NCBI GenBank assembly: GCA_965246895.1
Contig: OZ251993.1
Span: forward strand, 256,490 to 320,489
Origin: Alphaproteobacteria bacterium
GTDB lineage: Bacteria; Pseudomonadota; Alphaproteobacteria; JAIXQD01
DNA: 64,000 nt
Direction: 5' to 3'
This document shows, piece after piece, positions 1-8,147 of the stretch (positions are counted from its first letter, which is position 1; each line of letters starts with the position of its first letter). The position numbers were made by a program, and so were the translations under genes. The notes below the pieces were generated by a model. It was given only the letters and a program-made list of their open reading frames with translations, was not told where the DNA came from and made no database searches.

Positions 1-81
1 TGCGGCAAGGATGTAATTGACTTGAGCCGCGCAGACGGCAACAGTCGGCCACAGACTTATTCCTGCATTATGAGGTGCCGC

Positions 82-1323
82 ATGACCCAGAAGATCACCG
101 TCAAAAACCCGCTGGTCGAACTCGATGGCGACGAAATGACCCGCATCATCTGGGCACTAATCAAGGAAAAGTTGATCTTGCCCTATCTGAAGATCGACCT
201 GAAGTATTTTGATTTGTCTGTTCAGAACCGCGATGCGACTGAAGATAAGGTGACGGTAGATGCCGCGAATGCGATCAAGCAGCACGGCGTTGGCGTCAAA
301 TGCGCAACGATCACGCCTGATGAGGCCCGCGTTAAAGAATTTAGCCTCAAGAAAATGTGGAAATCGCCGAACGGCACGATCCGCAACATCCTGAATGGCA
401 CCGTCTTCCGCGAGCCGATCATTATTTCCAACATCAGCCGCTATGTACCGGGCTGGACGAAGCCGATCATCATCGCCCGTCATGCCTATGGTGATCAGTA
501 TCGCGCGACCGACTTTAAAGTGCCAGGGCCTGGCAAGCTGACCATGACATTTACGCCCACCGATGGTGGCGAGACAACAACCTATGACGTGCATGACTTC
601 CCCAATGCCGGCATCGCGATGGGCATGTTCAATGAAGACAGCAGCATCGAAGGCTTTGCCCGGGCCTGCTTCATCTATGGGCTGTCACGTAACGTCTCCG
701 TCTATCTATCGACCAAGAACACGATTTTGAAAATTTACGACGGTCGCTTTAAGGACATTTTTCAGCAGGTATTTGACGCTGAGTTTAAAGACAAGTTTGC
801 TGATACCAATCTAACCTACGAGCATCGCTTGATCGACGATATGGTCGCGACGGCCATTCGCGGCGATGGCGGTTATCTTTGGGCCTGTAAGAATTACGAT
901 GGCGACGTGCAGTCGGATAGCGTGGCGCAGGGTTTCGGCTCGCTCGGTTTGATGACCTCCGTGCTGCTGTCGCCAGATGGCAAATCCGTCGAGGCGGAGG
1001 CGGCGCACGGCACGGTGACACGGCATTATCGCGAGCATCAGAAAGGCAATGCGACTTCGACCAATCCGATCGCCTCAATCTTCGCTTGGACGCAGGCGCT
1101 GCGTTATCGCGGGCAGTTCGATGCCACGCCTGAGGTCGTACAATTCGCCGCCACCTTGGAAGACGTCTGCATCAAGACAGTGGAAAGCGGCGCGATGACT
1201 AAGGATCTAGCGGCGCTTGCTAAAAATGCCGGCGGCTCGCAGCCATGGCAGACGACTGAAGAGTTCATGGGCACGGTCGCCAACAATCTTGCTTCCCGCA
1301 TGCAGACGCAACAGGCTGCCTAG
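82..1323 (+). CDS. icd: NADP-dependent isocitrate dehydrogenase (eukaryote-like homodimeric type)
   Basis: The translation from the internal Met ([24 protein letters not shown]...) is the classic IDH N-terminus, and the downstream isocitrate/NADP-binding region is consistent. The ORF-table start at 22 adds a non-conserved leader, so start 82 is preferred. Confidence 0.9.
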   Translation: MTQKITVKNPLVELDGDEMTRIIWALIKEKLILPYLKIDLKYFDLSVQNRDATEDKVTVDAANAIKQHGVGVKCATITPDEARVKEFSLKKMWKSPNGTIRNILNGTVFREPIIISNISRYVPGWTKPIIIARHAYGDQYRATDFKVPGPGKLTMTFTPTDGGETTTYDVHDFPNAGIAMGMFNEDSSIEGFARACFIYGLSRNVSVYLSTKNTILKIYDGRFKDIFQQVFDAEFKDKFADTNLTYEHRLIDDMVATAIRGDGGYLWACKNYDGDVQSDSVAQGFGSLGLMTSVLLSPDGKSVEAEAAHGTVTRHYREHQKGNATSTNPIASIFAWTQALRYRGQFDATPEVVQFAATLEDVCIKTVESGAMTKDLAALAKNAGGSQPWQTTEEFMGTVANNLASRMQTQQAA

Positions 1324-1356
1324 TTTAGGCCATAAAGACGCGTCAGGTATTCACGA

Positions 1357-3516
1357 ATGGCACAACAGACGCGGCGTAAATCGACCCGGAAACGCAAATC
1401 GCAGGTTTACGCGAATGCGCGTGACTGGTTGCGCGTGCAGCTTCGCTTTATCGCTAAGCGCGGTGGACTCTATGCATTGTTGGCTTGCTTGTGGCTTGGC
1501 ATCGCCGGCTTTTGCTTCCTTGCTTATTGCGCGTTGACCCTTCCGGATTTGAAGGCGGTCGAAGCCTTGCGCCGCCGGCCGATGATCCTGGTGCTTGACC
1601 GCAACGATCAACCGATCGCTGAATATGGCGACCGGGCAGCCTCGCCGGTGCCGTTATCAGCCATGCCGGTATACCTTCCGAATGCTGTGATCGCGACTGA
1701 AGATCGGCGTTTCTACAGCCACTATGGGGTCGATCCATTTGGGTTGTTGCGCGCGCTATTCACCAACATCGCGCACGGCCACACAGTGCAAGGTGGCTCG
1801 ACGCTTACGCAGCAATTGGCCAAAAACCTGTTTTTGACGCCCGAGCGCAACCTGAAGCGCAAGGTGCAGGAGGCGCTGCTAGCGCTCTGGCTGGAGCGCA
1901 CTTACACCAAGCAACAAATTATCGAGGCTTACCTAAACCGCGTCTATTTCGGCGCGGGCGCTTATGGGGTCGAGGCGGCGGCGCAGACTTACTTCGGCAA
2001 GCCGGTCGGACAGATCAACCTGCGCGAGGCCGCGCTGCTGGCGGGATTATTAAAAGCCCCATCGCGTTATTCGCCACGCAACAGCCCAGAAGAAGCGAAT
2101 GCGCGCACTAACGTTGTGTTGGCCGTCATGAAGGATGCAGAGCTGCTATCGACGGCGGATGAAAAGAAGTTGGCGAAAACGCCGCCCCTCGCCAAACAGC
2201 GCGTGACGACCGGTGGTCAGGGCCGCTATTTCGCCGATTGGGTCATGCAACAGGCGCAGGATATTGTTGGCGATATGCAAAGCGATCTTGTGATCCGTAC
2301 CACGCTCGATCGTAACCTGCAGATCAAAGCTGAGGCCGCGACCGCGCAGATTTTAGATAAGGACGGAGTTGCTAGTCGGGCCGGACAGGCCGCCGCCGTG
2401 CTGATCGACAATGAGGAAGCCGAGCAAGGCGCGGTTCGCGTGTTGATCGGCGGACGCGATTATCAGGATAGCCAATATGACCGCGCGATCATGGCGTTGC
2501 GCCAGCCAGGCTCGTCTTTCAAGCCGTTCGTCTATCTGGCTGGGTTGGAGGCCGGTTTGCAGCCTTCAACGGTGATGACGGATGCACCACGCAGTTATGG
2601 CAAATACACGCCAGGCAATTATGACGGCAAATATCATGGCGAAGTGACGCTGCGCGAAGCGCTCGCGCAATCTTACAACACCATCGCCGTGCAGGTGCTG
2701 GATTACGCTGGCGTCGATCGTACGCGCCGCATAGCTAAAAAACTCGGCATCACCAGCGAGCAGCCGCGCGATCTATCGATGGCGCTGGGGTCAGGCGCGG
2801 TCACGCCTTATGAACTTGTAGGTGCTTATGCGGCGCTGGCCAATGGTGGCCGGGCAGTTGCGCCCTACGCGATCCGCGAAATCCGCGTTGCGGGACTTGG
2901 CCTTGGCATGGTGGGCGCGGGCCTCAACGGCGAAGTGCTCTACAGCCATACCGCCGTTACCCTGCCGCAGGTGGTGGATGCCGATCAGGTGGCAACATTG
3001 ACGGGCATGATGATGGGCGTTGTCACGCATGGCACCGGCACGGCCGCCGCACTGGGCGACCGGCAGGTGGCGGGCAAGACCGGCACCAGTTCCGATTATC
3101 GTGATGCCTGGTTTGCGGGCTTTACCGCCGCGCATACGCTGGCGGTTTGGGTTGGGAATGACGATAATAGCCAGATGAAAAAGGTGACGGGCGGCGGCAT
3201 CCCTGCGCGGCTTTGGCATGAAGTTATGGTTGCCGCTGAAACCGGCATCGCGCCGCAGCCGCTGACCGTGAAGTATGACGAAACGCCCGCAGCTGAATCA
3301 GAAACTGCTGCCCCAACGGTCGATACGGAAGCTCCAGCGGAGGGGGCAATCGTTGACAACAGCATCCCCGTGCCGCAAACGCGGTCAAAGCCGGCTGCGA
3401 ATGATAACGAGGACAGCGGCAATGGCATTCTTGGCGGGGTGTTCGACCGGCTGATCGGTAGCGATGTGCCGACACCAGTAGTTGAGCATGCCTATCCGAA
3501 AAGCAAGAATAACTAA
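1357..3516 (+). CDS. Class A penicillin-binding protein (PBP1A family, transglycosylase plus transpeptidase)
   Basis: An N-terminal TM segment is followed by GT51 motifs (EDRRFYSHYGVDP, GGSTLTQQLAKN). The transpeptidase part carries the SxxK (SSFK) and KTGT motifs. Confidence 0.85.
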   Translation: MAQQTRRKSTRKRKSQVYANARDWLRVQLRFIAKRGGLYALLACLWLGIAGFCFLAYCALTLPDLKAVEALRRRPMILVLDRNDQPIAEYGDRAASPVPLSAMPVYLPNAVIATEDRRFYSHYGVDPFGLLRALFTNIAHGHTVQGGSTLTQQLAKNLFLTPERNLKRKVQEALLALWLERTYTKQQIIEAYLNRVYFGAGAYGVEAAAQTYFGKPVGQINLREAALLAGLLKAPSRYSPRNSPEEANARTNVVLAVMKDAELLSTADEKKLAKTPPLAKQRVTTGGQGRYFADWVMQQAQDIVGDMQSDLVIRTTLDRNLQIKAEAATAQILDKDGVASRAGQAAAVLIDNEEAEQGAVRVLIGGRDYQDSQYDRAIMALRQPGSSFKPFVYLAGLEAGLQPSTVMTDAPRSYGKYTPGNYDGKYHGEVTLREALAQSYNTIAVQVLDYAGVDRTRRIAKKLGITSEQPRDLSMALGSGAVTPYELVGAYAALANGGRAVAPYAIREIRVAGLGLGMVGAGLNGEVLYSHTAVTLPQVVDADQVATLTGMMMGVVTHGTGTAAALGDRQVAGKTGTSSDYRDAWFAGFTAAHTLAVWVGNDDNSQMKKVTGGGIPARLWHEVMVAAETGIAPQPLTVKYDETPAAESETAAPTVDTEAPAEGAIVDNSIPVPQTRSKPAANDNEDSGNGILGGVFDRLIGSDVPTPVVEHAYPKSKNN

Positions 3517-3554
3517 CGGCACTCCAGCTTGTGGCAAACGCACGCGGTTATTGT

Positions 3555-3590
3555 AAATAAAAAGGCCGGACGAACCCGGCCTTATTTTTT
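3555..3590. terminator. Rho-independent terminator, bidirectional
   Basis: GGCCGG-acgaac-CCGGCC hairpin flanked by an A-run upstream and a T-run (ttattttttt) downstream. It lies between the convergent PBP gene (+) and a small minus-strand ORF. Confidence 0.75.
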
Positions 3591-3602
3591 GGTCAGCAAA
3601 AA

Positions 3603-3872
3603 CTAAACGCGGATGTCTAAAAGACTACCCGGCCGCGGGGCGGAGCCGTCGCGCTGTGGGCCGACCGAAGCACGGGCCTGTACCTCTTCGCGTTTCACGT
3701 CATTGCTAGTGCGCTGATTGCTAGTGTCCAGCTGCCGCACGGCGGCTTGTGTTTGCACGGGGGAGGCCTGCAAGCGGCCTTGCGCGGCGTCGACCGGCAA
3801 AGGCGTGGCTTGCGCTTGTGCATAGCTATTGACCGCTGAAAAACTACTGGTGCCGGTTGCGCCGATTTGCAT
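3603..3872 (-). CDS. Hypothetical small protein (89 aa, Ala/Gln-rich)
   Basis: ORF only, with no recognisable motif. Composition is low-complexity and it sits beside a bidirectional terminator. Confidence 0.3.
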   Translation of the reverse strand: MQIGATGTSSFSAVNSYAQAQATPLPVDAAQGRLQASPVQTQAAVRQLDTSNQRTSNDVKREEVQARASVGPQRDGSAPRPGSLLDIRV

Positions 3873-4101
3873 TTTAACTGTACTCCCCTTGGCCTCGCTA
3901 TCCCATATCCCGCGCCGACTATAATCCCAAAGGTTGAAGATTTATTTAAACAGCACTTGTCTTCGGTAGCCGCAGGCCGAAAGAAATAAATGCTGCCGTA
4001 GTCAATCGCAACGCGGCTGACTAGATTTAGGAAATATTATTGCGCGGCAGAATCCTGCAATGGCATGCAGGCAAGTAGAGTCTGCAAAAACCGCTCCTTA
4101 T

Positions 4102-4127
4102 AAATACGTTGCATTTGCTGCGGTATT
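4102..4127. promoter_or_regulatory. Conserved 26-bp box aaatRcgttgcatttgctgcggtaKt (copy A), followed by a GTTCGCAAAGCGAAC palindrome at 4140-4154
   Basis: 24/26 identical to 48548-48573. It lies in an AT-rich intergenic region about 120 nt upstream of the DUF2336 gene. Confidence 0.4.
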
Positions 4128-4247
4128 GATTGTTTCGTAGTTCGCAAAGCGAACACGCGAAGGCAATCGATATTAATAAACTTTTATGGATTGGCAGCCA
4201 GTATGGCAGCAACACAGTCATACTTAATAAGGGACTAATTTTCGCTT

Positions 4248-5417
4248 ATGTCGGCGCTGCCCATGGACTTAACGGTCGACCCTTCTGCCAATCCTCAGGT
4301 TTTTATCGCATTAGCCCGCGATAAATCGACGGCTGGGCGCCTGCGCCTGATCGAAACCCTAGCAGATACCTATCTGCAGCCGGATCGCGCCTTATCCGAT
4401 TTCGAAGCCGGGCAGCTAGACGCCTTCGTCGATGAAATTTTCAAAGGCTCGGTGCCACTTGATGTGCGGCAATTGCTGGCCAGGAGAGCGGCACAGGCCA
4501 AAACCATTTCACCTGCGCTTGTCAAAAAAATCGTCACCGATGAGATTGAAGTTGCGGGCCCGTTTTTGAAGGACTGCAATGCAATCGAAGATCGCGATCT
4601 GTTGACCGTGATCGGCCTCAAGCGCACGCCGCACCGCATGGCGATCGCTGGGCGCGCAGCTGTAAGCGAAGCCGTGGCAGACGCGCTGGTGCTGACGGGC
4701 GATGTCGCCATTGTCGAAACACTGTTGAAGAATTTCGGTGCGCGTCTCTCCCGCATTTCGATCGCGCGTTGCGTAGAACTCGCCAAGCAGCTGCAAGCGT
4801 TGCGTTTGCCGCTCGTCAATCGTCAGGAATTCACCGCCGCTGACGCAAGCCAGTTGTTATGGTGGTTGCCGCGTGAATTGCGGCAGATCGTTTCTGACCG
4901 GTTTGGGCCGCTAGTTGCCGAAGGGATGAGCGCGGGGGTTTCGGCGCGCGTAGAAAATCGCGGCAGTGTTGCCACTAGCGTTGACGGCCAACTTCAGATT
5001 TGGGCCGCAAACCCGCCACGCGGGGCGGAAGCGGTGCGCGCCGCGCTTTGGCTGGCGGAGCGTAATGCGGTCGACGGGGTAACGCTCACACGCGTCTTGC
5101 GTCTCAAACTTCCAAATCTATTCGTCGCTATGCTGGCGCAACATACAGGTTTAGCTTTAAATCTAGTCGAACGGGTTTGCTCTGCCCTTGATAAAGGCGG
5201 GCAGGTTTTCGCCGTCATTTGCCGGGCGATGAATATCGATAAGGCTCAATTCGCCAGTCTCTTCATGCTGACGCATAGCATGTTCCAGGGCGGTCGTGCT
5301 TTGGCGCCAACCGCACTCGGGCAGATTTTAGGGGCCTATGACCGCATTGGCCCGCGCGCAGGTCCAATGCTGCAAGCCTGGCGTGAAAATCCAGAGCTGC
5401 TAAAGGCGCGAATCTAG
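4248..5417 (+). CDS. DUF2336 family protein (conserved alphaproteobacterial protein of unknown function)
   Basis: 389 aa. The segment DEIEVAGPFLKDCNAIEDRDLLTVIGLKRTPHRMAIAGRAAVSEAVADALVLTGDVAIVETLLKNFGARLS matches the DUF2336 signature as I remember it. Confidence 0.6.
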   Translation: MSALPMDLTVDPSANPQVFIALARDKSTAGRLRLIETLADTYLQPDRALSDFEAGQLDAFVDEIFKGSVPLDVRQLLARRAAQAKTISPALVKKIVTDEIEVAGPFLKDCNAIEDRDLLTVIGLKRTPHRMAIAGRAAVSEAVADALVLTGDVAIVETLLKNFGARLSRISIARCVELAKQLQALRLPLVNRQEFTAADASQLLWWLPRELRQIVSDRFGPLVAEGMSAGVSARVENRGSVATSVDGQLQIWAANPPRGAEAVRAALWLAERNAVDGVTLTRVLRLKLPNLFVAMLAQHTGLALNLVERVCSALDKGGQVFAVICRAMNIDKAQFASLFMLTHSMFQGGRALAPTALGQILGAYDRIGPRAGPMLQAWRENPELLKARI

Positions 5418-5650
5418 CGCTTTTTAAACCCGGCGTTGATCGTATAGATAATGCAAGCCAGCGCCGCACCGGCGATGAGCAGGCCGACTGTATAGGTGAG
5501 GCTTTCTGCCGAATGCGCCGCCAGCTTCAGGCCGATCAGCATGGTGATGACGGCAAACAGGCCGAAAAACCAACGCTGCAGCCCGCCGTTTGGCGAAATT
5601 TCAGACGTACGGTCGCTCAACTGGTCGGCATTATAGGTCGGTTTATCCAT
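5414..5650 (-). CDS. Small two-TM membrane protein, hypothetical
   Basis: 78 aa with two hydrophobic helices (FFGLFAVITMLIGLKLAA; VGLLIAGAALACIIYTI). No motif recognised. Confidence 0.4.
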   Translation of the reverse strand: MDKPTYNADQLSDRTSEISPNGGLQRWFFGLFAVITMLIGLKLAAHSAESLTYTVGLLIAGAALACIIYTINAGFKKR

Positions 5651-5777
5651 TGGGTAGCTCCATTAGAATCAGCGGGTTACAAGAAATATACAGGCATTGG
5701 TTGACTTTTAGACCGGCTTTCCTTTATGAACAACGCCGATTTGAGACTTTTACCTGTTTGGAGACCCGGCCATGGCC

Positions 5778-5912
5778 ATGAAGCGTACCTACCAGCCCAG
5801 CAAGATCGTGCGTGCCCGCCGCCATGGCTTCCGTCTGCGCATGTCGACCCCGAACGGCCGCAATATCATTCGTCGCCGTCGCGCGCAGGGCCGCAAGAAG
5901 TTGTCAGCCTAG
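5778..5912 (+). CDS. rpmH: 50S ribosomal protein L34
   Basis: Translating 5778-5912 myself gives [44 protein letters not shown], canonical L34. This ORF is missing from the six-frame table because it is under 60 aa. Confidence 0.95.
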   Translation: MKRTYQPSKIVRARRHGFRLRMSTPNGRNIIRRRRAQGRKKLSA

Positions 5913-5953
5913 GCCGACAATCTGCTCTGCTGCTTTTTATTGGGCGGAGCACA

Positions 5954-6361
5954 ATGCGAGTAAGCTTACAAAAAAATTTAAATGGAACAGAAACCAAACT
6001 TGGGTGGCTGATTGAGCGCGCCGATTATTTAGCGCTGCAAGCGCGTGATAAATCCGTGTCTTACAACCACACGCCGTTCTTCACGCTGCAGGTGCGACCT
6101 ATGGTCGATACCAATGACAAGTGCGACTGGCGCGTGGGCCTGACGACCAGCAAGCGCGTCGGCAATGCGGTGGCGCGCAATCGCGCGCGGCGGCGGCTGC
6201 GCGATCTGGCGCGGCGACATGTGCCACTGCTGATGCAGCCGGGTTACGACCTGGTTCTGGTCGGGCGGACGCCAGCGGCCCGCGCACCATTCCCCCTGCT
6301 GATCGCGAGTTTGGAGACAGCCCTCGACAAATTGCAGCTTCGGCGCAAGGCTGAGGCATGA
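5954..6361 (+). CDS. rnpA: Ribonuclease P protein component
   Basis: It starts at the internal Met of the 5726 ORF (MRVSLQKN...) immediately after rpmH. The sequence is basic, carries the RNR motif region (KRVGNAVARNRARRRLR), and shows the conserved rpmH-rnpA synteny. Confidence 0.85.
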   Translation: MRVSLQKNLNGTETKLGWLIERADYLALQARDKSVSYNHTPFFTLQVRPMVDTNDKCDWRVGLTTSKRVGNAVARNRARRRLRDLARRHVPLLMQPGYDLVLVGRTPAARAPFPLLIASLETALDKLQLRRKAEA

Positions 6362-7023
6362 ACGAGACCACTCTCTATATATGTGCCGCAGCCTATTTAT
6401 TAGGCTCGATCCCGTTTGGGGTGATTTTGACGCGCATGGCAGGGATCGACCTGCGGCAGGTCGGCAGCGGCAATATCGGCGCGACCAATGTGTTACGCAC
6501 GGGCAAGAAGGCGCTGGCCGTCGTCACGCTGTTGCTGGATGCCCTAAAAGGCACGGTTGCGGTGTTTGCAGCTATACTTATCACAATCGGCCCAGCCATG
6601 AACGATTGGGATGCGGCAGGCGGCGAACGAGGCGCCGTGCCGTTCGATTGGTCGCCTTTTGCAAGTGATAGTCAGTTTGTGATGATCGTCGCGTTGCTGG
6701 TGCTGCTCGGCCATTGCTTTCCGGTCTGGCTAAAGTTCCGTGGTGGTAAGGGCGTAGCGACGCTGCTTGGTATCTGGCTAGCGCTCTCGCCGGTTGTATT
6801 TCTTGGCATGCTGCTGAGCTGGCTATGCGGGGCATTGATCACGCGCCGTTCGTCCTGCGGAGCGCTGGCGATGTGCGTGGGTTCGCCGATTTTGACATAT
6901 CTGTTCGCGCCGCAGTATCTGGCCGTCAGCCTCGTGATGATTGCAATCGTGGTCCTGAAGCATCGTGGCAATATCGCCCGCATTATCGCCGGCACCGAAC
7001 CTAAGATCGGCAAAGCCGCTTGA
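6358..7023 (+). CDS. plsY: Glycerol-3-phosphate acyltransferase PlsY
   Basis: GSGNIGATNVLRTG motif in a multi-TM protein. Its ATGA overlaps the rnpA stop. Confidence 0.9.
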   Translation: MNETTLYICAAAYLLGSIPFGVILTRMAGIDLRQVGSGNIGATNVLRTGKKALAVVTLLLDALKGTVAVFAAILITIGPAMNDWDAAGGERGAVPFDWSPFASDSQFVMIVALLVLLGHCFPVWLKFRGGKGVATLLGIWLALSPVVFLGMLLSWLCGALITRRSSCGALAMCVGSPILTYLFAPQYLAVSLVMIAIVVLKHRGNIARIIAGTEPKIGKAA

Positions 7024-8147
7024 ACGATGCCGATCTCCTCGACCGCTTGCAATTGATCCGCAGCGAAAATGTGGGGCCGATCACTTATCGCCGCTTGATC
7101 GAACGCTATGGCACGGCTGCTGCCGCCTTGCGTGCGCTGCCGCAACTCGCGGCCAAGGGTGGCGCGAAACGACCGCTTAGACTTGCGGAGCGCGGCAAGA
7201 CTGAAGACGAATATAAAGCATTACAAAAAGCTAAAGTGCAAATCCTTGCGCTTGGCGCGCCTGACTATCCGGCATTGCTGGCAGCGATCGACGATGCACC
7301 GCCGCTGCTGATGCTCAAAGGCAATGCGAGCCTGCTGCATAAGCCGTGCTTGGCGATCGTCGGCGCGCGCAATGCCTCGCTAAATGCGCGCAAATTCGCC
7401 GGGCAGTTGGCGCGTGATCTGGGGCAGGCGGGTTACAGCATCGTCTCTGGCCTTGCGCGTGGGATTGACGGCGCGGCGCACGAGGCTAGCCTCACAACGG
7501 GAACGATCGGTGTTGTCGCGGGCGGCGTTGATATTATTTATCCGGAAGAAAACCGCGGGCTGTATGAGCGCATGTATAAAACGGGTGTCGTCGTCAGCGA
7601 GGTACCGCTGGGCGCTGCGCCGACGTCGCGCGATTTTCCGCGCCGCAACCGCATCATCGCTGGCTTGAGCCGGGCCACCATCGTTGTTGAAGCCGCCCTG
7701 CAATCGGGTTCGCTGATTACGGCGCGCATGGCGACCGATTATGGTCGCGATGTCTTCGCGGTGCCAGGCTCCCCGCTCGATCCGCGCGCGGGCGGCACTA
7801 ACAGCCTGATCCGCGACGGGGCAACGCTGGTGACATCCGCCGCCGATATCCTGCAGGAATTGCAGGCGCAGCCGCGGCTGAATACCCCGGCAGCGCCGCC
7901 ACTCGATGCACCCGACAGTCCACCGGACGAAGCGGCGTTGGATCAGGCAAGGCCTTACATACTTGAGCTTTTATCCCCGGTGCCGACGCAGCTGGACGAG
8001 CTGCTGCGCGAGGCTGTAACGGCCCGCGGCATTGCCACCCCGCTTGTGCTGACGGTGCTGTTGGAGCTAGAACTCGCCGGACGGTTGGCCCGCCACCCTG
8101 GTGGCCGCGTCGCGTTATTAGTAGAGCAGGATCAATTGTATGGCTAA
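7020..8147 (+). CDS. dprA: DNA processing protein DprA (Smf)
   Basis: Rossmann-like DprA core (LAIVGARNASLNARKFAGQLARDLGQAGYSIVSGLARGIDGAAHEASL ... VFAVPGSPLDPRAGGTNSLIRDGATLV). The TTG start overlaps the plsY stop. Confidence 0.9.
   Translation: MNDADLLDRLQLIRSENVGPITYRRLIERYGTAAAALRALPQLAAKGGAKRPLRLAERGKTEDEYKALQKAKVQILALGAPDYPALLAAIDDAPPLLMLKGNASLLHKPCLAIVGARNASLNARKFAGQLARDLGQAGYSIVSGLARGIDGAAHEASLTTGTIGVVAGGVDIIYPEENRGLYERMYKTGVVVSEVPLGAAPTSRDFPRRNRIIAGLSRATIVVEAALQSGSLITARMATDYGRDVFAVPGSPLDPRAGGTNSLIRDGATLVTSAADILQELQAQPRLNTPAAPPLDAPDSPPDEAALDQARPYILELLSPVPTQLDELLREAVTARGIATPLVLTVLLELELAGRLARHPGGRVALLVEQDQLYG

Noticed and set aside
4102-4127. Interpretation of the 26-bp box as a sigma-54 (-24/-12) promoter
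   Set aside because: It has TTGCA-like -12 sequences but no GG dinucleotide at the -24 position. EcfG and CtrA consensus sequences also fail to fit.
5726-6361. Single 211-aa ORF spanning rpmH and rnpA
   Set aside because: Only its C-terminal part (from Met at 5954) matches RnpA. The region 5778-5912 encodes canonical L34 in another frame, so the long ORF is an artefact of an open upstream frame.
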